A DNA stretch of 64,000 nucleotides from an uncultured delta proteobacterium (GCA_963745025.1 CAVUWD010000006.1:32001-96000); one strand, 5' to 3'. Shown: positions 9,724 to 20,739, numbered from the stretch's first letter. Notes: a model not told the origin generated them from the letters alone. Numbers and translations: made by a program.

Positions 9724-11142
9724 CTATGATACCGCCTTTTTTTGATCGGGCTCGACCAGCGTCGTTCGCAGCGCCTCGCTTAGCAAAGCGCGGGCTTCGG
9801 GCTCGCGTAGCGCGGTCAGGTGGCTCGCGGCGCTCCAGGAGATCCGCGGGCGATCCCAGTGCACCCATAGGTCGCGCACCTGATCGGGGGTGACCAGCCG
9901 GTCGCCCGTCGCGGCCAGAATGAAGCGCCCCTCCTTCGGGACCTTCGGCTCCAACGCCAGAGGCGAGATCGGGCGTAACACCTCGCGAGCCATGTCGAGA
10001 TCCACACCGAGCCTCTGCATCCATAGCGCGTCCAGTCCGGTCATGACGCGTGTCGCACCGCGCAGGAAATCAGCGGCGGGGATGCCGGCGATCGCGCAGG
10101 CGAGATCCGCCTCGAGTGACGCGAAGAGCGCCGTGGTGTAGCCGCCGAGCGAGAGCCCATAGAGTCCGACGCGCGTTCCTCCCTGGGCACGGATCCACGC
10201 GAGGAGCCGCCGCAGATCCCACATCGATTGCGCCTCGGCGTGTACGGAGTTGAGGAGCGAAGCGCCGAAGAACTCCGCTCCGCTCCGGCGGCCGGGCGAG
10301 CGCGGGCCGTGCATCGGGAGTACCGGCAGCGCGACGTTGAGACCGAGGTGCAGGTGAAGCCACTCGACCTCGAAGGCCCAGAGGTCGAGCCCGCCCGTTC
10401 CCATACCGTACCCGTGGACGCAGACGATCCAGGGGCGCGGCTCGCCTCCGTGACGAAAGACCCAGGAGTGGACCGTGCGATTCGCCTCGAACGCGAGCCA
10501 GCGTTGCGTGCCGGGAACGGCTCCATCGGGTGCGTAACCGCTGTCGAAGCGGAGGTGCTCGTGGGCGATGCCACGCGCCGTGCGCGGCCCGATCTCGACC
10601 GATTCCGGCGGGGGCGGTGTGCAGTGGAACCTGATGGGATCGCCAAGCCATCCGCGCGACTCGAAGAGCGCGTGCGCTTCGATGAGCTCCGCCGCGGCGC
10701 GGCGCTGCTCGTCGCGACCCGGGCGCCTGCCGGTGTTCAACATCACGAAGATGAGCGCCTCGTCCGCCCCCGCCCTCGCGGCATAGCGGAGCGTCAGGGG
10801 ATACTTCGGAACCTCGTCGTAGTCCGGCTCGAGGGAGAGCGCGATCCAGCCCGCCGCCACGAAGCTCGCTGCCGAGAGCAGGCCGGCCCAGAGCGCCGGC
10901 CACACGCCGAAGAGCAGGAACGGTAGCGACAGAGCGATGCCCAGGAGCCCGCCGATCGCCGTGACGGACTGCAGGCGCACGTCTCCCGTGAGCACGTACG
11001 TGCCAAACCCCCCGGTCACGAGCAGCGTTCCCGGGACGACGGCGAAGAGGAATGCGACCCACCCGCGGTCACCGAGGTCGATGAACCAGACGAGTCCCGC
11101 GGCAACCACTATCCATGCAGCCGGGTGTCGAGGTGTATTCAC
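9724..11142 (-). CDS. Membrane-anchored alpha/beta hydrolase
   Basis: N-terminal TM helices, HGYG oxyanion motif, GLSLGG nucleophile; GTG start after GGAGG. Confidence 0.85.
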   Translation of the reverse strand: MNTPRHPAAWIVVAAGLVWFIDLGDRGWVAFLFAVVPGTLLVTGGFGTYVLTGDVRLQSVTAIGGLLGIALSLPFLLFGVWPALWAGLLSAASFVAAGWIALSLEPDYDEVPKYPLTLRYAARAGADEALIFVMLNTGRRPGRDEQRRAAAELIEAHALFESRGWLGDPIRFHCTPPPPESVEIGPRTARGIAHEHLRFDSGYAPDGAVPGTQRWLAFEANRTVHSWVFRHGGEPRPWIVCVHGYGMGTGGLDLWAFEVEWLHLHLGLNVALPVLPMHGPRSPGRRSGAEFFGASLLNSVHAEAQSMWDLRRLLAWIRAQGGTRVGLYGLSLGGYTTALFASLEADLACAIAGIPAADFLRGATRVMTGLDALWMQRLGVDLDMAREVLRPISPLALEPKVPKEGRFILAATGDRLVTPDQVRDLWVHWDRPRISWSAASHLTALREPEARALLSEALRTTLVEPDQKKAVS

Positions 11143-11551
11143 GAAGCCTCCAACGAGAGATCCGACGTTTTGCCGACCGTATAATTCCGATGCGCGGAGA
11201 GTGCCAACTACCTGAGACTCCCCGTCGTGGCTCAAGGCGGACGGGCGGAGTGCTCCCGACGTCACGGGTCTTCATGACCGAACTGCGTCCGAGCTCCGTT
11301 CGCTGGCGCTGTCCGCGAGCAGAAGCGGCCTTGGCTCGCCAAGTCGGAGGGCTTTTGTGCGGATTCCGGGCGGGGCGGGCCAAAGGACCCTTGCCAAAAC
11401 GCGCGCCGCAGGAATAGAGGTCACCCTGTTGACGGGCTTCGCCCGTTCATCTGGGAAATGTCGGTTCCAATTGAGTCCGGCTTCGCGTCCGCTTCTAATT
11501 CTAATCCCTCGTAGGCTTGAGACAGAATGCTCGCCACGCCGAAGTCTTGCA

Positions 11552-14500
11552 ATGTCCGTTGAAGCAGCTCAGCTGCCCGAGGGCACGGTGACCGTGCTTT
11601 CGACGGACCTCGTCGGCTCGACGTTGCTCAACCAGCGCTTGGGCGATGAGGCTGCCACGGCGGTGGAGCGCGAACTTGCGGCCTTGGCTCAAGAGCAGGT
11701 GGAGAAACAGCGCGGGGTGGTCGTCAAGGACACTGGCGACGGGCTCATGGTGGCCTTCCAGTCGGCGCGTCGTGCCGTCGTCTGCGCTCAAGAGATCCAA
11801 CGCGCCATCGCCCGCCGCAACCGCAGCCACCCTGACACCGTCGTGCAGCTGCGCGTCGGCCTGCACACCGGCGAGGTGCTGAACGAGGCTGGCGGTCTCC
11901 ATGGCGAGACGCTGATCATCGCCAAGCGCATCGAGACGGTGGCGCCCGCCGGCGGGATCTTGGCCTCGGACACGCTGCACGGCGTCCTCGGCACCGCGCG
12001 CGGCGAGCTGGTGGACCGCGGCGAGTTCACGCTCAAGGGCATCGATGCACCCTGGCGCCTCTGGGACGTGCCCTGGGCGGACGCCGAGGCCAGCGGCGTC
12101 CTCTCGGGAAGGGAGCGCACGCCATTCGTCGGCCGCACCCGCGAGCGTGCGCGGCTCCTCCAAGCGGTGGAGAGCGCGCACGCCGGCGCCGGTGCACTGG
12201 TGCTGATTGCCGGCGAGGCCGGAGTCGGCAAGTCGCGGCTCGTCGAGGAAGCGGCCGCCGAGGCGCGGCGGCTCGGTCTCCGCGTGCTCATCGGCCACTG
12301 CGTCGACCAGCAAGGGGCGCCGCCCTACCTCCCCACGATCGAGCACATCGAGGAGGCGGCGCGCCAGGTTTCGCCCGAGGCGCTCCGCCAGGCGCTCGGG
12401 GAGAACGCGCCCGAGATCGCCAAGCTCATGCCCGAGTTGCGGGTACGCTACCCGGACATTCCCGACCCGGTGACGCTGCCGCCCGAGCAGGAGCGCCACT
12501 ACCTGCTGCGTGCAGTGAGCGAGTTCGTCGAGCGTGCCGCGCGCGCGAAGCCGCTCGTTCTCGTGTTCGAAGACCTCCACTGGGCCGACGAATCGACGCT
12601 GCTGCTCGTGCAGCACGCGGCGCAGCGGCTGCCGGAGATCCCGGTGCTCATGGTGGGGACCTATCGCGACACCGAGCTCAAGCCCGGGCGCCCGCTCGGC
12701 GGCGTGCTGCCCGGCCTCTTGCGCCAGCGGCTGGCCGAGGAGATCATGCTGAGCCGCATGACCGAGGCGGGCGTCAGCGCCATCCTCCAAGGCCTTGCTG
12801 GAAGCAAGCCCCCTCCCGAGCTGGTCTCGCTCGTCTTCTCGGAAACCGAGGGAAACCCCTTCTTCGTCGAAGAGGTGTTCCGCCACCTCCACGAGGCTGG
12901 CAAGCTCTTCGATGCGGAGGGCCGCTGGCGCTCGGACTTGCAGATTGCCGACAATGACGTGCCGCGCAGCGTCGGCTTGGTGATCGGGCAGCGCCTCGAG
13001 CGCGTGAGCGACGACTGCCGCCGTGTCCTGACGATTGCGGCGCTCGCCGGCAAGACCTTTCGCTTCGATCTCCTCGCCGCGTTCCAGGGTGTCGACGAGG
13101 ACGACCTCCTCGACGCGCTCGAGGAAGCGGCGCGCGCCACGCTGATCGAGGACGCGTCCACCGGCCGTGAGGTGCGCTACGCCTTCGTGCACGAACTAAT
13201 CCGCCAGGCCCTGCTGGCGCTCCTCTCCGCCGCGCGCCGCCAGCGCCTCCACCTGCGCATGGCCGACGCGCTCGAAGCGCTCCACGGGCAAGAAGCGGAG
13301 CGCTTCGCCGCAGAGATCGCCCACCACCTCTACCAGGCGGGCGCCGCCGCGCCGGGCGAGCGCACGGCGCGCTGGCTGGTGCGCGCCGCCGAGCGGGCGC
13401 TCGACGCGCTCGCCTTCGAGGACGCGCTCCGCGATCTCGACTGCGCGCGCAACGTGCTCCCGGCCAACGACTCCGAGGGGACGGCACGCGTCTTGCGCCT
13501 CCGCGCCCGAGCGCTCCGCGGCCTGGCGCGCATCGACGAGGCGCTCGCCGCGTTTGCCGAGGCGCTCGAGATCGCGCCGCCCGGCGTGGAGCGCGACGCG
13601 GTGCTCGAAGCGCGTGCCCGTCTCGAGCTCGACCTCTTCCGCGGCCGCGAGGCGATCGAGGACCTCGAGCCCCTCCTCGCCCGGACGCGCGCGGCCGGCG
13701 ACCGCGCGCGCGAGGTCGAGCTCCTCCTCATGCGGAGCCGCGCGCATTACATCCTCTCCCTCGACGAGCCCGGCTACGCCGACAAGACCCGCGCCTCGGA
13801 CGCCGAGGCCTACGCGCTGGCAAAGGAGATCGGCGACAAGCGCGCCATGTGCCAGTTGCTCATCCAGACGAGCTGGTTCATCGACTACTGGCCAGAGTAC
13901 CGCGAGCAGGCGATCGCGAATAACAATGAAGCGCGCGCCCTCGCCGCGGAGCTCGGCGACGAGGAGCTGCAGATCGAGGCGGCGTCGTCACGGCTCCGGC
14001 TGATGCCGCTCGGGGAGGCCCACGAGGACGCGATGCGTATTCGCGAGCGCCTCGAGAAACGCCGCGACCCGCTGCGTCTCAAGGAGCACCTTTTCTGGCT
14101 CATGTGGCACTACTGGCTGCGCGCCGACTTCGAGCAGTGCGTGGCGACCTGCAACGAGGGCATCGCACTCTCCGCGCAGCTCGGCTCGCCCCCAGTCCAG
14201 TATGCGAGCATCAAAGGCCTCGCGCTCACCGACCTCGGACGTTTCGACGAGGCCTGGGCCTCGTTTCAGGAGGAGGTAGCCGACGATGCACACCCCTTCG
14301 GGCGCTGCATGCGAGAGCTCGGCACCGCCATGTGGCTCGAGACGCTTGGCGCCCTGGACCGTGCCGAGGCTACCGCCAAAGAGGTGCTCGAGGAGGCGGG
14401 GAGGCTGTCGCGCGTCTGGATGCAGAGGGCCATGGTGGACCTGCTGACGATCGTCGGCGCGCGGCGCGGGGTGCATTACCCGGAGGTTGCCGGGTGGGAC

Positions 14501-14959
14501 GAGAAGAAGGCGGGTCTGATCGACCTGCGGCTCGTGCCGCTGGCCGCCGCGGCAGCGGCGCTGGCGCGCCGTGACTTCGCACAGGCGCTCGTACTCGCCG
14601 ACCAGTCGGCCGAAGAGACCTCGCGGCTCGGCCTACGGCGCGCTCGCATCATCGCGCTCGAGCTGGCAACGCGCGCACTGGCGGGACTCGAGCGTTGGGA
14701 CGAGCTGCTGGCGCACGCGGATGCGGCGCTGGCCGAGAGCGAGGCCGCGGGCTTTCGCACGCGGACGTGGCGGATCCTGGCCGCGCGGGCGCGGGCGCGC
14801 GATGCCAGCGGCGACGCCGCGGGTGCACGCGACGACCGCCGCGCCGCGCTCGCGCTGCTGGACGATATGGCCGGGCGCATCGCCGACGCGGAGCTGCGGG
14901 CGGCGTTCGAGGCGGATTCGAAAAGGTTCATGAACCCACACTCCACCCAGGCAGGATGA
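11552..14959 (+). CDS. Class III nucleotide cyclase-like domain + STAND AAA ATPase + helical repeat protein
   Basis: STDLVGST, TGDG, RVGLHTGE; Walker A GEAGVGKS; FEDLHWAD; GNPFF. Confidence 0.9.
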   Translation: MSVEAAQLPEGTVTVLSTDLVGSTLLNQRLGDEAATAVERELAALAQEQVEKQRGVVVKDTGDGLMVAFQSARRAVVCAQEIQRAIARRNRSHPDTVVQLRVGLHTGEVLNEAGGLHGETLIIAKRIETVAPAGGILASDTLHGVLGTARGELVDRGEFTLKGIDAPWRLWDVPWADAEASGVLSGRERTPFVGRTRERARLLQAVESAHAGAGALVLIAGEAGVGKSRLVEEAAAEARRLGLRVLIGHCVDQQGAPPYLPTIEHIEEAARQVSPEALRQALGENAPEIAKLMPELRVRYPDIPDPVTLPPEQERHYLLRAVSEFVERAARAKPLVLVFEDLHWADESTLLLVQHAAQRLPEIPVLMVGTYRDTELKPGRPLGGVLPGLLRQRLAEEIMLSRMTEAGVSAILQGLAGSKPPPELVSLVFSETEGNPFFVEEVFRHLHEAGKLFDAEGRWRSDLQIADNDVPRSVGLVIGQRLERVSDDCRRVLTIAALAGKTFRFDLLAAFQGVDEDDLLDALEEAARATLIEDASTGREVRYAFVHELIRQALLALLSAARRQRLHLRMADALEALHGQEAERFAAEIAHHLYQAGAAAPGERTARWLVRAAERALDALAFEDALRDLDCARNVLPANDSEGTARVLRLRARALRGLARIDEALAAFAEALEIAPPGVERDAVLEARARLELDLFRGREAIEDLEPLLARTRAAGDRAREVELLLMRSRAHYILSLDEPGYADKTRASDAEAYALAKEIGDKRAMCQLLIQTSWFIDYWPEYREQAIANNNEARALAAELGDEELQIEAASSRLRLMPLGEAHEDAMRIRERLEKRRDPLRLKEHLFWLMWHYWLRADFEQCVATCNEGIALSAQLGSPPVQYASIKGLALTDLGRFDEAWASFQEEVADDAHPFGRCMRELGTAMWLETLGALDRAEATAKEVLEEAGRLSRVWMQRAMVDLLTIVGARRGVHYPEVAGWDEKKAGLIDLRLVPLAAAAAALARRDFAQALVLADQSAEETSRLGLRRARIIALELATRALAGLERWDELLAHADAALAESEAAGFRTRTWRILAARARARDASGDAAGARDDRRAALALLDDMAGRIADAELRAAFEADSKRFMNPHSTQAG

Positions 14960-15019
14960 GAACAGAGGCCAACGTCCGACCACCACTACTTTCGGAGCAG
15001 TCTAGGAGGTGAGGAACCC

Positions 15020-16234
15020 ATGAAGACGAAGCTGCGACCCGGTTCTCCCAAGGAGGTCGGCATGCTCCCAGAGCGGGTGGCCTACGCGCGCGACTTGTGC
15101 GCCCGATGGGTAAGGGAGGGCCACACCCCGGCGCTCTCGGTGTGCGTCGCGCGGCGGGGAAAGATCGTTCTCCACGACGCCTGGGGCGTGCTCGGCCCGG
15201 AGTCCGGCGCGCCGCCCCTCGGGCTCGACTCGATCTTCCCGATCATGTCGATCACCAAGCCGATCACGGCCACGCTCGTAATGCAGCTCGTCGAAGACGG
15301 CCTGCTCGGGCTCAACCGCCCCGTCGTCGACTACTTACCCGAGGTCACGGGCGAGGGTGTGGCGGACATCTTGGTCCATCATCTCCTCACTCATACGAGC
15401 GGATATAGCTGGACCTGGTATCTGGGTCCGATGATGCTCCACGCGGCAACGAAGTTGGAAGCCGGCTTCGAGCCGCCGCCCTGCCCTGCCTGGCGGCACC
15501 CGGAGAACCACCGGGAGCTCTCGATCCTCTGGGACGCGCCGCGTGAGGCGGCGGCCGGCGAGGTCATGATCTACTCCAACCACAACTACCTGCTGCTCGG
15601 GGAAATCGTCACCCGGCTCACCGAGCGTCCTCTCGAGGAGCTGGCACGAGAACGGATCTTCGCGCCGCTCGGCATGGATTCGAGCGATTACGTGGTGCCG
15701 GCGTCCACGGCCCACCGCGTCGTGCGGCGCCCATCGGGGTTTCCCATAGCCGATCCGTCACCCCTGGGGACGTTCTGGTACGGGATCGACTCGCCGGTCC
15801 ACCAAGCAACCCCGAACCCGGGCTGCGGCGTTTTTTCAACCGCCTACGACATGACCGTCTTTGGCCAGATGATCCTCAACCGCGGGCGCTACGGCGACGC
15901 CCGCATCCTCTCGCCTGCCGCGGTGGCGGCGATGACCCGTGACCAGATTCCGGGGATCAAGGCACGCTTCTGGGACAAGCTGGTCACGCACGGGTCCTGG
16001 GGGTACGGCTGGTCTGTCGAGTCACCGAGCAAGTGGCCCTACTTCCACGGCAGCCTGGCGCCGCTCGGCGCGCTCGGCCACCCGGGCGCGGGAGGCGCCA
16101 TGTTCTGGATCGACCCGGCGCACGAGCTGACTGGCGCCTACTTCGAGGTGACCGCGCACCTGACCGAGCGCTTCGAGCCCCTTTGGAACCTCGACCTCTT
16201 CGGGAACGTGATCGGCGCGGCGGTGGACGACTGA
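15020..16234 (+). CDS. Serine hydrolase, beta-lactamase family
   Basis: SITK (SxxK), LLTHTSG, YSN, GHPG. Confidence 0.9.
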   Translation: MKTKLRPGSPKEVGMLPERVAYARDLCARWVREGHTPALSVCVARRGKIVLHDAWGVLGPESGAPPLGLDSIFPIMSITKPITATLVMQLVEDGLLGLNRPVVDYLPEVTGEGVADILVHHLLTHTSGYSWTWYLGPMMLHAATKLEAGFEPPPCPAWRHPENHRELSILWDAPREAAAGEVMIYSNHNYLLLGEIVTRLTERPLEELARERIFAPLGMDSSDYVVPASTAHRVVRRPSGFPIADPSPLGTFWYGIDSPVHQATPNPGCGVFSTAYDMTVFGQMILNRGRYGDARILSPAAVAAMTRDQIPGIKARFWDKLVTHGSWGYGWSVESPSKWPYFHGSLAPLGALGHPGAGGAMFWIDPAHELTGAYFEVTAHLTERFEPLWNLDLFGNVIGAAVDD

Positions 16235-16676
16235 TGGCGGCGGATGCGCTCGCTGCAGAAAATAAAACGCGAACGTGAAGTTTCGCCCGTCGACTGCGCC
16301 GTCGTTGCGACGGCGGTGCGTGAGCGCCCGTCACAGCGAACTCGGCGCCAAAAAAAGGAGTCGAGGGGGTAGATTCCTTCTCCGTAGGTTCTTTGCGTTT
16401 TGCAAAGAAGTTTCCGGGAGCGAAAGTGACTCCGTCCTCGCCGGCTGCGCGCGGCAGAAGCATCTGCGAGCTTGGTTGCGGCCGAAGCGCCGCGTTAGTC
16501 GGTATCAGCGCCCGATGTAAGGTCGGACCTCGGACACCGGCGCTACCGCCACTCTACCGCTTTACGCCCGCTTTGACGGCCTCTGGCCGGCTGCGGTTGC
16601 GCCGTCGCGACCGTTGCGGCATCCACAGAGAGGCGGGTGGGCTGGCGTCGCGTACGCAGTCGGCCCGACAAGCGCC

Positions 16677-17999
16677 ATGGACACCCTGCTCGTACATCGA
16701 CTCCAATTCGCCTTCACGGTCATCTACCACTACCTATTCCCGCAGTTGACCATGGGCCTGGCGTTGCTCATCGTCGTGCTCAAGAGCCTGGCGCTGTGGC
16801 GGAACGACGCGGTGGCCGAGCGGGCGGCGCGGTTCTGGACGCGCCTGTTCGGGATCAGCTTCGTGATGGGTGTGGTGACCGGCATCCCACTCGAGTTTCA
16901 GTTCGGCACCAACTGGGCGCGCTTCTCGAAAGCCACCGGCTCGCTGATCGGGCAGACGCTGGCCATGGAAGGCGTGTTCGCGTTCTTTTTGGAGTCGTCG
17001 TTTCTGTACCTGCTGCTGTTCGGCGAGAAGCGTGTCAGCCGCCGCGCCCACTGGGGAGCCGCCGTACTCGTGTGGCTGGGTTCGTGGCTATCGGGCTACT
17101 TCATCATCTGCACCAACGCGTTCATGCAGCATCCTGTCGGCCACGTGTTGGGCACCGACGGCGCGATCCAGTTGCAGAGCCTGTGGACCTATCTCACCAA
17201 CCCGTGGGCGCTGGCGCAGTACTCGCACAACATGGTCGGGTCGGTGATCACCGGCAGCATTACGATGACCGCCCTGGGCGCCTTCTACGCACTGCAGGGC
17301 CTGCATCGCGCCGTCGCCGAACGCTGTCTGCAAGTGGGCGTGGTTGCCGGTCTGCTCGGTTGTTTGTTGGTCGCGTACCCGACCGGTGACAGTCAGGCGC
17401 GTCTGGTCGCCAATCATCAACCGGTCGGCTTTGCGGCGATGGAAGGGCACTTCGAATCGAGCGACGGCGCCGGCATGGTGATCATCGGCCAGCCGGACAT
17501 GGACCGCTTGGTGCTCGACAACCCGATCGTCGTGCCGCACGTGCTGTCGGTGCTGACGCACCAGCGTTGGAACGCCTTCATCCCCGGGCTCAAGTCGTTC
17601 GACCGTGATCTGTGGCCCGACACCGTGCCGCTTCTGTACTACGCTTACCACGTGATGGTGGGGTTGGGGACGATCTTCACCGCCTTGTTCGGCCTGGCGG
17701 CGCTGGTCCTGTGGCGTGGGCGGCTGGCGGATTCACCGTGGATGTTGTGGCCGCTGATGTTGGCTCTGCCGCTGCCGTTCATCGCCAACACCGCGGGCTG
17801 GATGACCGCCGAGCTGGGGCGTCAGCCGTGGATCGTCTACGGGCTGATGCGCACCGCCGTCGGCTACTCCGCCAACGTCTCCGGCGGCAACGTCTTGTTC
17901 ACGCTGCTCGGCTTCGCAGGCCTCTACGCAATGCTGTCGGTGCTGTTCCTGTTTCTGGCCGGCCGCATCGTGGCGCGTGGGCCGGTGGAGGAAGCATGA
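16677..17999 (+). CDS. cydA: Cytochrome bd quinol oxidase subunit I
   Basis: RLQFAFTVIYHYLF, FQFGTNW, EGVFAFFLES, GWMTAELGRQPW. Confidence 0.95.
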   Translation: MDTLLVHRLQFAFTVIYHYLFPQLTMGLALLIVVLKSLALWRNDAVAERAARFWTRLFGISFVMGVVTGIPLEFQFGTNWARFSKATGSLIGQTLAMEGVFAFFLESSFLYLLLFGEKRVSRRAHWGAAVLVWLGSWLSGYFIICTNAFMQHPVGHVLGTDGAIQLQSLWTYLTNPWALAQYSHNMVGSVITGSITMTALGAFYALQGLHRAVAERCLQVGVVAGLLGCLLVAYPTGDSQARLVANHQPVGFAAMEGHFESSDGAGMVIIGQPDMDRLVLDNPIVVPHVLSVLTHQRWNAFIPGLKSFDRDLWPDTVPLLYYAYHVMVGLGTIFTALFGLAALVLWRGRLADSPWMLWPLMLALPLPFIANTAGWMTAELGRQPWIVYGLMRTAVGYSANVSGGNVLFTLLGFAGLYAMLSVLFLFLAGRIVARGPVEEA

Positions 18000-19042
18000 G
18001 CCTGGTCGCGGTGTGGTACGTCATCGCCGGTGCCATGCTGGCGATGTACGTGGTGCTCGACGGGTTCGACTTCGGCGTCGGCATGCTGCACCTGTTCGTG
18101 GCGCGCAACGATGCCGAGCGGCGCGCCGTGCTGCGTTCGATCGGTCCGGTGTGGGACGGCAATGAGGTCTGGTTGCTAGCCGCCGGCGGATCGCTGTTGG
18201 TCGCCTTTCCGACTCTGTTGGCCACCAGCTTCAGCGGCTTCTACCTGCCGCTGATCATTGTCGTCTGGCTGCTTCTGTTTCGTGCCCTCGGCATCGAACT
18301 GCGCCACCAGGTCGATCACCCGCTGTGGCACCAGTTCTGGGACGTCACCTTCGCTGCCGCCAGTTTGTTGCTGGCCGTGTTCTTCGGAGCGGCGCTCGGC
18401 AACGTCATTCGCGGTGTTTCGCTCGATGCCCATCAGCAGTTCTTCGCGCCGCTGTGGACGAACTTCCTGATCGGCGCCGATACCGGCATCCTCGATTGGT
18501 ACACGCTGCTGGTGGCTCTGACGGTCACTCCGGCGCTGGCCCAGCACGGCGCTCTGTGGTTGGCGGCGCGCGTCGGCGAGCCGATCGGTGGCCGGGCTTT
18601 GGCGGTGGCGCAGCGGTTGTGGCCGATCGTGTTGATCGCGACCCTAGTGACCATGCTGGCGACCCTGTTCGTGCAAGAGCGGGTGATGGCCCAGGTGGCC
18701 GAGCGTCCGTGGGGAGTCGTCTTTCCTGCGGCCGCGGTTGCCTGCCTGATGGGCGTGCGCCACGCCGGTCGTCGCGACCAACGCGGGCGTGCCTTCCTGG
18801 CCTCGGCTGGGTACCTGGTGACAACTCTGGCGAGTGCCGCGTTCGGGATCTTTCCGGCTGTGTTGCCAGCGCGTGACGCGGCACTCAGCTTGACGATCGC
18901 CAATGCGGCGGCCGAACCGTACGGGCTGCGCGTCGCCCTGTACTGGTGGATCCCCGGCATCGGCCTGGCGCTGGCCTACACGGCGTTTGTATACGGCCGC
19001 ATCCTCACGCCGGTTGGCGTCGGAGACGCGAGCGAGCACTGA
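17996..19042 (+). CDS. cydB: Cytochrome bd quinol oxidase subunit II
   Basis: LDGFDFGVG, IGPVWDGNEVWL; ATGA overlap with cydA. Confidence 0.95.
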   Translation: MSLVAVWYVIAGAMLAMYVVLDGFDFGVGMLHLFVARNDAERRAVLRSIGPVWDGNEVWLLAAGGSLLVAFPTLLATSFSGFYLPLIIVVWLLLFRALGIELRHQVDHPLWHQFWDVTFAAASLLLAVFFGAALGNVIRGVSLDAHQQFFAPLWTNFLIGADTGILDWYTLLVALTVTPALAQHGALWLAARVGEPIGGRALAVAQRLWPIVLIATLVTMLATLFVQERVMAQVAERPWGVVFPAAAVACLMGVRHAGRRDQRGRAFLASAGYLVTTLASAAFGIFPAVLPARDAALSLTIANAAAEPYGLRVALYWWIPGIGLALAYTAFVYGRILTPVGVGDASEH

Positions 19043-19141
19043 GCTGCGGTCGTCGGCGACCCGCTACTCGGGCTGACGTTGGCGTCGGCTGGCCGCGGGC
19101 TCGCCGGGGAATGTCGGGCCCTTGTCCCAGTGCGGCGTAGC

Positions 19142-19198
19142 GCCGCAGCGCTTGGCGAAGTAGTCGACGAAGGCGCGGACCTTCGGTGTGACGTGAGC
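19142..19198 (-). pseudogene. LysR regulator C-terminal fragment
   Basis: HVTPKVRAFVDYF resembles the typical LysR terminal motif. Confidence 0.5.
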
Positions 19199-19256
19199 GA
19201 TCGCGCCGTCGGAGCGTGATCTCATGGGAGCTGCCGGCGCGGGCTGCTTCTCCAGT

Positions 19257-19439
19257 TCACGTTCTACGGCTAGTCCGTGCAGTCAGGCTAACCGCCGGCG
19301 CGATCTCGCCGACGCGGAGCCCATAGGCGTACGCGAGACCGAAGAGCGTTCGATCCCGTAGATCCGAGATCGCCGCAAAGAGCGCCCGGATGTCGGCTTG
19401 CGTGAGATATGTCGGGAGCTTCGAAGACCGCCGGATCAT
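19257..19439 (-). pseudogene. Truncated tyrosine recombinase (box I only)
   Basis: LPTYLTQADIRALF...RDRTLFGLAYAYGLRVGEI, then breaks off. Confidence 0.8.
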
Positions 19440-19549
19440 GGCCCACCCCCTTCCCGGTCAGAAGGCGGCGAGTCTGCCGCGCAGAACTCAGCGCCCGACC
19501 AAAGCGGGCGAAGCCGCCTGCGGCGACACCACGACTGAAGTAGACCGCG

Positions 19550-20689
19550 TCACACGTCGAGCTGAAAGCGCTCGAACCGATGCAGCTCGTCTTCGATTCG
19601 TCGTTTGTTTGCGGCCGACTTGCCGCGTTTCACCCACGTCCACTGTTGCACGAGTAGCCGGCGTTGTTCGCGGTCGGTCTTGAGATCGACGAGCGCGACG
19701 ACGTCGTCATCCACCAAGACGGGCAGCGCGAAGTAACCAAAGACGCGCTGCTCTTTCGGCAGATAGGCTTCGAAGCGATGCTCGTATTCGAACAACAGCT
19801 GCACTCGCTTGCGCATGATGACCAACGGGTCGAACGGCGAGAGCAGATGAGTTACGTCGTGTTCTTGGCGCGGTGCCGAAGCGAGCAGCTCGGGCTGCCC
19901 CCAATGCTGCACGTTCTCCGCTCCGCGGATCGTGACGGCGACGAGCTCCTTCTTGCGCATCTTGCTCTCGATGAGCTTCTTGATGCCCGCTTTTCTCTTG
20001 GCGTCGAGGTGGCAAATCGAGTCGACGCTGACCACGGCCTGCGCACGCAGGGCGCGCTCGAGAAGATACGCAAGCACTTCAGGCTCTGACGCCGGCTTCG
20101 GTCGCTTGTCCCATTCGAAGTGCCGATCGGTGAGGTCGTAGGTCTTGAGCATTCCCTGGCGCTCGCTCACCATCAACAAGCCGTTGAAGAACGCCAACTG
20201 CAGCGCGCGCTTCGACGGCTTGCGACTGGCCCATGGATGGTCCTTCTCGACGAGGACGTCGTCGCCGATGTCGCGAATCGACAGCGCGCCTTGCCGTTTG
20301 ACCAGTCTCAGGACCTTGCGCAGGTCGGCAGGCTTCACCGTCTTGAACCACGACATCGGCGTCGTTTGTGAGCGTTTCATCGCGGGGGCGAAGAAGCGAA
20401 AGTCGCGGGTTGGCACGTACGAGAGCGCGTGCGTCCAGTATTCGAAGACGGTCTTGTCCCTGGATTGCGCCTGCTGCAGGTCGGCTCGCTTGTAGCGCGG
20501 GATGCGCGTGAAGAGGATGTGGTGGTGCGAGCGCTCGATCACATGAATCGTGTCGATCTGCACGTAGCCCAGGTGTTGCACTGCGGCGGTCGTCGCAGCG
20601 GGGCCTGCGCCGAAAGGATCGCGTCGATCGAGCCGCTGAGCGCGCAGCCACAGTCGCTTCGCCTGAGCTCGTGTGAACAGTTCCGACAA
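19550..20689 (-). CDS. YcaQ/AlkZ-family winged-helix DNA glycosylase
   Basis: LGYVQIDTI, FEYWTHA, LLSPFDPL, RVFGYFALPVL. Confidence 0.88.
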   Translation of the reverse strand: MSELFTRAQAKRLWLRAQRLDRRDPFGAGPAATTAAVQHLGYVQIDTIHVIERSHHHILFTRIPRYKRADLQQAQSRDKTVFEYWTHALSYVPTRDFRFFAPAMKRSQTTPMSWFKTVKPADLRKVLRLVKRQGALSIRDIGDDVLVEKDHPWASRKPSKRALQLAFFNGLLMVSERQGMLKTYDLTDRHFEWDKRPKPASEPEVLAYLLERALRAQAVVSVDSICHLDAKRKAGIKKLIESKMRKKELVAVTIRGAENVQHWGQPELLASAPRQEHDVTHLLSPFDPLVIMRKRVQLLFEYEHRFEAYLPKEQRVFGYFALPVLVDDDVVALVDLKTDREQRRLLVQQWTWVKRGKSAANKRRIEDELHRFERFQLDV

Positions 20690-20739
20690 GACGCCGACCC
20701 CTCGCGGCCGCGTGATGTAACGCGGCCGTGGCAGGCAGT

